From NCBI GenBank assembly GCA_051294905.1, contig CM119381.1, forward strand, positions 15,190,001-15,254,000: a DNA stretch of 64,000 nt, given 5' to 3'. The translations under genes were made by a program, and so were the position numbers. Positions 26,701 to 38,700 of this stretch are shown piece after piece. The notes beneath the pieces are model-generated. The model was not told the origin of the DNA. It did not search any database and saw nothing but the letters and a program-made list of their open reading frames with translations. The stretch is from Botryllus schlosseri. Lineage: Eukaryota. Numbering within the stretch: position 1 is the first letter of the stretch; every line of letters starts with the position of its first letter.

Positions 26701-29700
26701 TGAGGTCGATTTATCGCACCCAATGATTTGTATTCTTGCCAGGTCCATAACCGCCGCCCCCCCAAATTTCCCAATAGGGTGGGGAGCGATATCGAAGGGG
26801 ACTCAAAAGTATTTCGTAAACCAACATAAATTATCGAGTCTTTTCGAGAGATTTAATTACCTTGAAAATTCTCTCTGGACAGCTTGATTTTGAAATGCAT
26901 ACGTCTCTCCCTTAAAAAAGCATACATAATTTATAGTAGGGTTGCATTTAAAACAAATGGTTGTTTAAAACATGTTTTAAACGGTGTTTGAAAAACAAAA
27001 GCTTCACAAAAAACTACGGACAATTACCATCCGATTTGGCCGACGTACATCGATACGGGATGGTTGGAACCCGCAAAATAGTCTGTTCAACAGTTAAAGT
27101 CCAGATATTTCGTCAAAGGAACTATATTTACCCTATATTTTTAATTGTCAATCTCAATCCACTAGGACAGTGGTCGGGAACATATGGCTCGCGAGCCATA
27201 TATGGCTCTTTGGGGTATAAGATATGGCTCTTTGACAGATTTTTAATTTTCTACTTAATTTTATCGATATTGCAGAAACTTGGCAACTTGTTGGTAAATT
27301 TTCTTAACGGCCACAATAATTATTCTGGTGGCAGCATAAACATGTATTTGAGAGGCAAGACAGTGGCTTATCCAGGGTTAAGGGCTCGGACCCCTTTACA
27401 AAGTCCTTAAATTTAAGTTGCTGTAGCCATAAACTAAAGTAATTATAACAAGATACCGAACGTTATAATTATATATTACAGGCTCTCAGCTCTACAGGTA
27501 AATCTGACCATCGGGGCTGAGAGAGGATTAGAAATTAATAGTAATATAATGCAATTACCAATAATATATTGACGAAGTTCAGTCTTCAACTTGAAAATAC
27601 CTCCATATGCGGCCAAAGATCAACGTTTGGACTGGGGAAGAATTGCTGTTTAGGTCCAGATTCTAGCTATAACCCGGGCTAACATGGTATAGAAGCCATG
27701 GCCATGGCGGCACGTCCCAATGTTGAGTAAAGAATTGTGAAATAAAGATTGACGCCCGTTTCAAGTAGAGTCATATGAGAATAAGATGAAGCTGGGCCCG
27801 ATGAAGCGAACATAAAATTCTACCTTCAATTTCATACAGATAATGTACTGCAAGCTGCCGTTACGAGAAACGGCAAAGACGGCTCGGGTATGATACATAT
27901 CACCAGCTGTTTATTTTTACTGCTTCGTTATGGAAACCGTAATATTTTATTTGACGAGTACAAAATTTCAAATCTTTGTCCGGTGTAGGTACGTACTACA
28001 TAGACCTTACTGCTCGCCAAGTAGCAACGGTCAAACTACGTTTAACTAAGCATAGCCAAACATCAATACATAAGTTACTATTTTAAACTAGGCAGAATGG
28101 AGATTAATTATCCTGCGGCGAGGGAGTGGCGTGTGGAACGTGTTGATAACCTGATACACAGCACGGCGCCATGGCGGGTGTTCTTACAATGACACTAATG
28201 TAGGCTGCGTACATCGACTATCAATTTACTGTGGATACTTCTTACGCAATGACGAGCAAAGCTAATAGGCTACTTCTGATGTAATAATGAGCAATAGCAT
28301 TTGGAAATCAGACGTGTGTGCTATCACGAACCTGGTATAATATCTCTTCCTCGTTCACGAATGTTCAGTTTATATCATATGGTCCTTGTACAAATGAAAA
28401 GTAATTGTTCTTTCACTAAGAAATCGATTAGATATGGGAAGTAGTCGATTACGATTACGATTACTTCGGAATTTTTTCGAATGTAATCGATTGCGATTAC
28501 GATTACTTGAAAATGCTGTAATCGTCGTAATCGATTACGATTACTAATCGCGATTACCCCATGTCTGAATGGCTGACGCTGAAATGCCTATTTCCATAAA
28601 TCATGAGTATTTCTTGGGGAAGGACACACAATAAACAAAACATTAACATACACTAAACCGCGCTAAACGCGATAAAAATTTGAAAAAAGTTGGTTTAAGT
28701 TTAAAGAATTGCTCTATAATTTATGTTCATTCACCAAATAATTTTGGTTCCCCATCAAGCTTGGTCCCACTCCGATCGGGGGATTTGTGGTGCGGCACTT
28801 GCGGTCCTTCACAAAATGAATGAATGAATCGAAAACGAATGATCCCGCAAACTGCGTATTTAGCGAGCCAGCTCGTAGTTGTCGCTCGCATGTCGTCACA
28901 TGACACGGCTTGAACTTCAAGTCAAATGGAACATGTTTCCAGACGTAATGTTACTTCACGAAGTGCTGGATGAGTTAAGAATTTGATGTTTAATTTATTT
29001 TATCAATGGACAAGCCTTCAACATTTTGCATCTTGAAATTATGGAACAAAGTTGTAATATGCCTCGCGGAACGGCACCGGTCCGCGGACCGGCGGTTGAG
29101 AACCCCTGTTTTAGAGCACCTATCATTCCGTAGTTGCATGTAGATTTCTAATCCTATAGGCCAGTGATTCCCAACCGTGGCTCCAAGATAGCCTTCTTGC
29201 GGCTCTGATTGACCTCTGAATATGAAAATATAATAGACCACAGTGGTTGTTTGTTTCTATGAATAGTTATAGTAAATTTCTGTATATGAATGCTAGAATG
29301 ATGGATATTAGTTGTGTATAAAGCCGTCCTAGGCCGCTTCTAAAAACCAGATAAGAGAATTCTTGCAGACTAGCGTCACACGCATGGATGAATACCCGTC
29401 AAACAAGTATATATCTTGAGTTCTGCTGGTCATAGACCTTTATGTATCGTCTCTGTGAAGAGTAAATTTCGACACAATTTAACTAACATCCAAATAATGG
29501 CTCATAGTCAAATATAAATTGCAATAAGTCCAATATTACCCACAAACTTGTGCATTAAGAGCTGCAATGTATGAAGACCTATCACATAATGCCATTATAG
29601 TATGTTGGGAACCACTGCTATAGGCATAAGTTATTAAAGTATTTGTCGTTGCAGCTCAGATAGAAGTATATGTGCTGTAATATTTATCATCTCAAACTGA

Positions 29701-32700
29701 TCTCTACCATCATCTCAAACTGATTGGAGCTTTGAATCATGTTGCTCTTCTTTTGCCTGCTGGGCCGTTTCGAAAGTTATGACTTGCACCCGAGTATTCT
29801 TATGCAACATTGTTTTTACTTCTACCACTCAATCAACACCTGTCCTTACTTTTGCCAATTGTTCAATTGCTAATTTAGACAAACCTATATTTGGTATATT
29901 TTTTATCGAATACGTCAAATCACTACAATCCACAAACGCTATCGCTGTGTTTTCACAAATAGGAGCGCTTTTAAAATGGGTTCAAGGCGTCGTGCGATAC
30001 AACAGCCTCATGATCGCTAAAGTGAAGCCTCTGCATGATAAACTGGACGAAACCTCTACTGCAATAGGTAATGTACAGAGGCGCACAGAATTACAGTATG
30101 AATCGTTGTTATCTTGGAATCGTGTATCATCAGTCGGCGCCCAACACCGACTCAGGCAGTTGGAAAGCAAGAAGAAAGCCTTGGAATCGCGATTGCGTGA
30201 TCTGGCCGAAGGCTTCGAGCAAGCTACTGTGGATAAGAACGATCAGGAAAATAAACAGATCGAGATGCAAGAACACTTACAGGAGTCGGCTTACTACAGA
30301 CGTGTACTCGCAGAGGAACGAGACAGAAGAACCACTGTACTGGAAGCGTATGAGGTCTTTTCAATGAAGACTTGCACTCCTTTTTAGAAAATTTTATCCA
30401 AAAACCGTTAATTTCAGGATCAACTTGACTGGGTGACCGGAGTGGCTGCGATTTCAGCCGGGTTCGTGACATACATGGGTCCTTATCCATACATCTTCAG
30501 ACGGCGTCTGCTCACTGTAGACTGGGCCCAGTGTCTGGCAGAAAGAGGAATACCGTTGGTTTTCGACACGGTAGACCCAGTCAACGGTCATCAAGTTGAA
30601 TTTATGTTGGATGTGGACGGTGAGCTTGGTTTTGAGTGATTTCTGTGCCTTCGTTTTGCTGACTTTGTGAAATTATATCGGCAGGAAGTATAGAGGAGAT
30701 ACTGGAGGGTGAAAACGGCGATAATTCAGCAGAAGTGACTGGAAGAGAAGCTCTGGAGAAGGTTGCCGAGGAATTAGAACCAGATGATGAAGATCGTCGT
30801 AGTTTGGTTGGAGGCGAAGATGATGATTCGAAACCGAGAGATTCCGAGGGTATGTGCGTTTTTAAGAAGGTGCATTTGAATACCTTACAGATTAGATTAG
30901 TTGTCAGTTGTCACTCAAGTTAAAAATTTGTTGGATAACCGTAAGGTACTCCAATGTACATATTCATATCGGTCTGTGGACATATGAGCATGCGAAATTT
31001 CAGGGATAGGTTAGGTTTAGATTTAGAGTTCGGTTGGAATGGGGGTAAGGGTTGTGGTAAGGGCTTTGAAGTCACATGCCCAAGTGTCACATGCTCTACT
31101 GTTGTTTTTCAATGTCGTGCAACCATTTATATCCATTACCATATCTGATTTCCTAATGTATGACCAAATCTTAATTTAGCGCCAACACCCTGTCTTCTAG
31201 ATCTTATTTAGTCGACCATTCAAACGGTGACACAATTTTTCCTTGTTCCAGTATTCTTGAATAAAGATTCATATTGAAATAAACCCAAATATTTTTGGCT
31301 GAGATTTGTCAGGGATAATTGTCGGCAACTAGTAAAGAAGGAAAAGAACATTGTATAGCAACGTAAACATATATATATCAACAATGTCCTTCTCAGTCTT
31401 CTAGTAGCTGCTGACGATTACGACGGATGAGTGTCAGCCGAAAATATTCAGATTTATTTGAATATGAGTATATTATTGAATTGTGTATCAAAGTTCTGTA
31501 CCTATATCTGTCTCTTACAGCATGTTGTAAATGTGTGAATTCGATATAGTTCCAAAAAATTTCATTTGGCTGTATTTGAGACACATTCTATTTCCGGTGT
31601 ACAAGTATGCCGTTGAAGTTTTCTCACAAAATCTGACCGTGTTTTCTTTTCGTGCACTTGCAACAGACGAGAAATCCAACGTCGCCGGTCCAGCGCAAGA
31701 GTCCGAAAGATCAGACGAACAAAACGAATCCGATCCGAATCCGAAAGATAACGAGCCGGAAACAGCCAGATCGGAGCAAAGCAATGTTAACGAGGACGGC
31801 AAGGCAACTCGTACAGTGACGCGTGCCACGTCCGCGATGCCTCTGCTGGCCCACACATGCTCTACTATGCCGTACATGAGCACCGAGGAATATCAGGTGA
31901 TTGGTTTGATGTGAAATGAAGCTAGATGGAGTTTAAGCGGGATGGTTTATGAGTCATGCCGGAAACGCAGTTGCATTTTTTGTGTAGAATACATCTTTAT
32001 AGGCCAATCGGTGTCGTTTTCGACATTTGTACTATGTTATCGATGATATCATCACAAGCAATAGAAGAAGGGGTTATCAATACCCGTTACAAGCAATGGT
32101 GTGATTGCTTAGTCTGTAAGGGATAATATCTGTTGTCCCGCTATCGATGTGCCTACTGTGTGTACCTACCAATTTTAATAATGTATAAAATCGCCTTTAG
32201 ATGTTCGTAACTTGCATCATCAAAGTATTGGTCGAAGAGGAGTTGGTGCAAGGGTGGCTTACAAGAGATTACTCACACCATCGGGTATGTGACCGTTTGC
32301 TATTTTTCTACTATGGAATTTTGGTGGAATGTGTGGAACAGTATTCCGCCGGCCATCCGACAGTCGACGAGCATGTCCACATTAAAGTCGAAATACTAGC
32401 AATTACTACTAAATAAATACAGTCCATCCTCAAGATTACCGGACCACGACTGACCTATCGATCTCGCTTCCCATGACGTGCCGCCCTATTTCTTGTCGCT
32501 TTCTTTTTCTATACTATCTTCTTTACTTTCATTCAGTGTGCATGCCTCCTCTTTACATCGCCTAGGCCAAGGTGGGTGTCAGATTCCATAGACTACTCCT
32601 TGTCGATTCGACATCTTCCTGTCTTTTCATTGTATCGCATTTTTTGTGGGGTATTGAACTGATAAAATTGCTAATAAACCAATGAGGATGATGATGATGA

Positions 32701-35700
32701 TGAACAAATAATAATGGATCTTGAATCAACCACCATAAATATTATTATGTACTCCCATATATAAAATAAACATTTCGCCTATCACTAGCTGCCTGTTGAT
32801 GCCACCAAGTATGCTCATTGCTCACTGTCCCGGATGATACTTTATCCTAGGTAACACAATAAATAACATCTTCCCTGAGTTTTCTACTTTTCTACTTATG
32901 ATTTCAAACGGTCCATTTTGATAAGGCTGATAGATTCTGTGAATGTATAGCAGTGGTTCCCAACCTTTTTCGACTCATCGCCCCCTTTTCAAACTCCACA
33001 CAGATCATCACCCCCCAAATATTTGAAACCGAAAAATAGGCATACAAACTGAAATCACCGGCGAGTTGACTAAGAAAAAAGGTCAACTTTTTGGCTCGAC
33101 CTCGAAATTTCACTTTTCCAGCGAAATTTTGGTGAGTTAACTAACAAAAAAGGTGATATCTCCGACTTGATTCCTAAAGGAGCGTAACATCACGTCGTCA
33201 GTCCCCCCAATACGTTGGTCTTGACCCCCTCCATAGGGCGATAAAGCAAACTTCTGCACCCCGCAGACAAAACTACCCCAATACCTCTTTACCGCTACTT
33301 CTCAGCGCAAATTGTTGGACTCTACGAAAAATTTCTATCATTCATGTTTGAATCGGTCAATATGATCGGGAATTGCATATGTAATGCTGTCAATTTTTTA
33401 TTCTCTCTCTGCTCATGTATTCAGATTTACCGGTAAAGCTGAGTGAGGTGTCTTGTAAAATGTAGGGCCCGTAAATAATAATTGAACATATTCGAGCGGA
33501 CCCGTGGGTGTATTGACTTCGTTATGTAATGACATTTCCTGGCCTGTCTGCTATGTCAAAAGATATTCAAATCGCCCATACGTACTAAACTAAAAGACGC
33601 ACACGATTTCAAATTGGTATTTCTGCACTGGCAAGTAATTTTTCTCTGCGAAATGGCATTTTTTGTGGGGTTCTGATTGCCAGGACAGGAACATTTGGCG
33701 CCAGCCATTTAGGCGCCTATGGACAATTAAATATATATGTATATCGTATATATATCGAAGTCAGTCAGCATAAAGGCAGTCCTTTTCCGCCAAGGTTTTC
33801 TCGTTCTCGCACAGTTCTCTTCGAGCTCGAGCCCCCATCTCAATTGAGGGTTTGGGTGTGGCAGTTATGGTCATGGACGCCAATATAGCCTCAACGCGCT
33901 GTCGCCCCCTTTGTCCGTTTTCGCCCCCCTATCGCCCCCTTGGCTATTTTCGCCCCCATGGACCGACAAATCGCCCCCTGGGGGGTGATATCGCCCACGC
34001 TGGAAACCACTGATGTATAGTATCACATTGATCATTTTTATAGAAGCCAGAAATTGAGTATAAATTTTTTTTCTGGCAATTAAGACTATTGTTTCAGAAT
34101 AAGTAATTCCGGATTGCAGGGGTTAGATTAGTTTGTACACAAGGGGAGGATTTTCCTGACTTTAATTTTATGTTCTGGCTTGTTACGATCCAACGGAAAA
34201 ACCTACCAGGTTTCATCTTCAGTCCTAATTACCATCTCACTCCAAAAGCGGATCCATATAGTGCTACTGCTGAGTTGTTACTTACGACCAGCAATACTGG
34301 TACAAGTGTTTAGGGACCTGTGGTATGACTATTGAAATAATACCCTTGACTAGAATTTATAACTAGTATCAATAATTGATAATCTGCAGTTGGAAAATGC
34401 GGCGATTCTACAAAAATCGTGGCAACGACCCCCTCTCCTTCTCGACCCATATTTGGCCGGAGTAGAGTGGTACGCCTCCGTGTTCAGTCAGGACAAGAAA
34501 ATTGTACCTGTCAATCTCACTCCAAAGACGGGTCAGTCACAAGTCATGGTCATGGAGAAAGCTATCATATCAGGTACAAACCTAGAGTATGCGGTAGTGA
34601 AAGATATTTATCTTTAGTAACCCGATGATATCTTTGTTAGGACACACGCTCATGTTAATGGAATGCGAGCAGCAGCCCGGTAATTTGCTGCGGCCATTGA
34701 TCTATCACGCCAATACCAGGAAAATTGCGGGCGAAAGCTTGATCGAGGAGACCAGAACTGTCAGATGGCTGGGACGGCGACTCGTGTGTCCGGACTCGTT
34801 TCGGTGAGCCTAAAGTCAACGGACCAGTGGCATGTTTGGGGATGAAATTATGAATTTCCATACATGATTACCAAGTCCCGTCTCCCATACCAACAAAGAC
34901 TAATTTGACCACCTCTGGGTTATGGTTGGGGTTGAGTTCAGGGTTAGTATTGGGGATAATGTTGGTTTTGGGGTGATGAAGTCACATTTCCAAGTGTTGC
35001 GTGCTAGAGTGTTGCATACTCAACTGTTGTCTTCCATTGTGTCGCATGCTCAAATGTCGAGCAACCAGGACAAGACTCATATTCAGGTATTCGAATTACA
35101 TGGCATCCTTTAAGTTGCTAGTGTAGGAATTGGTTTTTCTCATATGTTCGTTTGTTAAATTTTCATGATATTGAAACAGCATAAAAACGGCATAGCAGAG
35201 TCTCTTAATCAACACCTATTTGAATTTTTTGTTCACATACTATGTGTACCAATTTATCATCATCATTCGAAAGTACGCGAGCTCTGACCACAGTCAGTAG
35301 CTATGTTATGGGAATCATAATTAGACACCTAGTGCACGCAATATGGTTTTATGACACAATTTTTTCAGGACCCTTATGCACTGTAACATTGTGACCTACT
35401 AATTTTATACCATTGAATATGAATGCTGTGAGCAATAGGTCTACACCTCAAATGTATGTATGCAGGAGGCTATTCCACGATGCATGCCACATTATTGATA
35501 GGAAAGTACAATATACTAAGAGACACACGCTATAGTGTAGTTGCAATTGTTGAAATTTACCATCTGGATATCATGGCGTAGAAAAGTATGCACCCAAAGG
35601 CCAAAGATACTGAATCTCTTCAAAAGAATTTGGGGTATGCCTACATGCAGTCAATTATTCTTGCACTGTATTACGATGGGAATCGGCTTTATTTATTTTT

Positions 35701-38700
35701 ATGTTAGCGATATGCATGTACTTAATAAACACAAGTACTTACCCATTCACATATCATCATGGGTGATTTTATTGTATAATTTTTCATGCTACGACTTAAT
35801 CTGCACTCATAGGCTTTGTATGAGCACGGCACAACCACCTTCTGCACTGCATCCGAACATCATTGCGGCTTCACAGCTCATCAGCTATATACCGAGCGAG
35901 GAAACTTTGCAGGTTGATCATACTTTCTGCGTTATTCATTCCTATTTGGACCGTATGTAAACCTATCTCCATTTCCGCAATGGGAAGCTGAAGTAGGGTG
36001 CAACACATGAGTAGGGCGATTTTTCTACGTAAAAACGGAAGATTTTTACCAAAAAATTGAAAATTTTGACATTTTCTGACATTAAAAAACTTAATTTTAA
36101 CAAAGTTTTTCTCTCATGTATGCAAATTAGGCGTTTTTACACATAATGTTAGAATTGTACTACTTATCTTCCTAAGTAGTTTGACCTGAAAAGACTTTTT
36201 GACTTGAAAACTGACAAATTTTTCCATGAAAAAACTTTATTTTAACGAAATCCGGAGATCTATGAAGAATTCCAGCAGTTACATCACACATTATGGTAGG
36301 AATAATTAAAATTTGTTCTAGTACAACAACGAAATATACTTTTCTACATTCTCGGGTAGAAAGTGTCTGTCGTTACTCAGTAGCTTGCCAAGAAAGAACG
36401 TTCAACGGCATCAGTTGTTGGCTGGCAACACTGAAGTTGTGCAATGTACATACACTGCTGGTGACACACCGTGTTGCTTCATTCTGACAGTATTGGCTAC
36501 ATGCAATTTTTCATCATGCGCTTCTTTATATAAGAACCACCGCCCATGCAGTCTTGCTTCAGTTAGGATATTGCGGTAGGTTGAGCGTAACACCATGTCA
36601 ACCTATTTGTTTTATTTGATCGTTTATGATTCTCAGTCAGCAGACAATGGGCCATCTACAACTGTAGGCCTGTAAAGCAGGCTACAAGATGTAAAAAGTC
36701 AAATTATAAGTTCACCGACAGTGCAAACATATAAGATACAAATGAAATGCAGGTTGCAAAGAAATATTGACTTTGTAAACAATTTTGACATAATTTTGAA
36801 TTTTTTTGCAATGACAAGAAAAATCGTCCCACTCATGAGACTGGCGTAAATGTTAGGATGGCTGTGGTTGATTGTCAATGTAAATTATTGGACAACTTAG
36901 TAACTTTTCGGTCTAATAGACCTAAAGATCAATCTTTCCCATTAAGAATGCGTCATTTTACCTGTGGTTTTCAAAAAGACTCCAACTTTAGGGTTTAGTT
37001 TTATATTCAGTTCTTATGCCCTATTATGTAGCTGCACGCTAAGTAACTTACTTACAGCTCACTCTGTAGTCTCACTTTGATAATGCCAAAAATCACTCAT
37101 CGGCATTAGGAGGACCTCCTGAACCGAGCGTTGACTCGAATGCGTCCGGAGTTGGCGGCAGAGAGGAAGAACATATTGAGAGCCATCAGGCAGCACAAAA
37201 GAACTCTCTCGCAATTGGATGAGATACTCGCCAAGAAAATTGTCGCCGAAAAGGAAGCCAGCCACAAGCAAGTGGAGAACTCGACGCGATTCATATCGTC
37301 GATTGTGCAGATTAAAAACCAGGTGAATATTATGATGCGTTTCACCTTATATAGTGAAACGTGTAGTCACAGCTGCCAAAGCCTTCTCAGCCAGCCTGAT
37401 TTAGACAGAGATGAAAGTGAAATTGATAATTTATTTGTCTTCGTTGTTAAAGTTCTATTCTTTCCTTCGTGTTATAGTATGTGTTTTCGGCTGTTGTTCC
37501 TTTAGGTTAAACTAGGTCTTGATGTAATCAGATTTTCTGATTTCACCTAGTTAGCGCGGCTGCTGTAAATTTTCCAATTAGGATATTCCAAGCTGTCAAT
37601 ATTGCCATATTTTATTGCCCTGCCGTTCACGAATGTTCTATCTTCTGAAGTTGGTATATCTACAGCGATCCGCAGCGCTGTGTTTGATGGTATCGTTTCT
37701 TGAATTAAAAACCAACTAAAAAGATGGTCTATTTTGTACATGAATAAAGTGAAAAACTAGGACAATGATGATTATGTTGAATGTTTTCTGGCGGCAATAT
37801 GTCGTGGTGGAAGATATTTATCAACAGGAAATCATTGACGGCCCGAGCGTGTAACAGACTTTTTGCCTTTGTAGGTGTTTGCTGAATTGAAAAATCTGGA
37901 AAGTTTACTGGCATCGCTGAATTCGCTGGCAGAAAAGCTGTTTCCTATCGCACGTAGATCGGCTTTGCTTTATTCGATCTGTCGGTCGTTGGCTGCATTG
38001 GACATTCATTATCAGGTGGGCCTGTTTTTGTTTCACGCAATCTTGATGTACGTTTTAATCGGCGCTTTGTTTTTAATGTTTCCTTATCATGGATTCTAGA
38101 TTTTGCCTGGTGGCACTACTTACTCACGTGGCCATGTTTTTGTGCTACTCTCACATCTACTAAACATCCCGCAATTTCGAATGTTTAAAGAGCTTGTTCG
38201 TGGCACAAAACTTGATTGCTTTCAATAAAACATCCACCCCAATAGAACATTTATCAAAACTCGAAGACTTTTCGGGTGCCTCTTTTCAAGAGTTATCGGC
38301 ACGCTAACGAGATTTTAAACAGATTTAAAAGGTAGAGTATGACGTAACAATCAGGATTACACAGCATGAAATACGCATTTTAACAATGACAACAACAAAC
38401 TTTGAAATTATACTGCAACCTAACGGAATATCTGCAAGTAATACAAAAATTCCTCTTGAAACGAGGCACCCGAAAGTCTTCGAGTTTTAATAAATGTTGT
38501 ATTCCAATGGCTGTTGTATTGAAAGGTAATTGCAAATCTAACCACCTCTGATTAACTGCTGCCGACCCTAGACCAAGTCTACTTTTTAGAACTACTTGCT
38601 AAAGGACTTTTCAAACTTTCATTTTCTACTTCCACATCAAGTAGATTTGAAATAGGTACTTTTACATCTACTTGTGTACCAACTACCAACGCTTCTTCCT

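Larger units (their letters stand above)
23960..29108. mobile_element. Possible outer hAT (Charlie/Buster-like) element enclosing nested insertions
   Basis: Left end AGTGTTTCTCAACC...GCGGACCGGT at 23960 and right end GGTCCGCGGACCGGCGGTTGAGAACCCCTG at 29108. The flanks give no matching TSD, so the two ends may belong to different copies. Confidence 0.5.
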
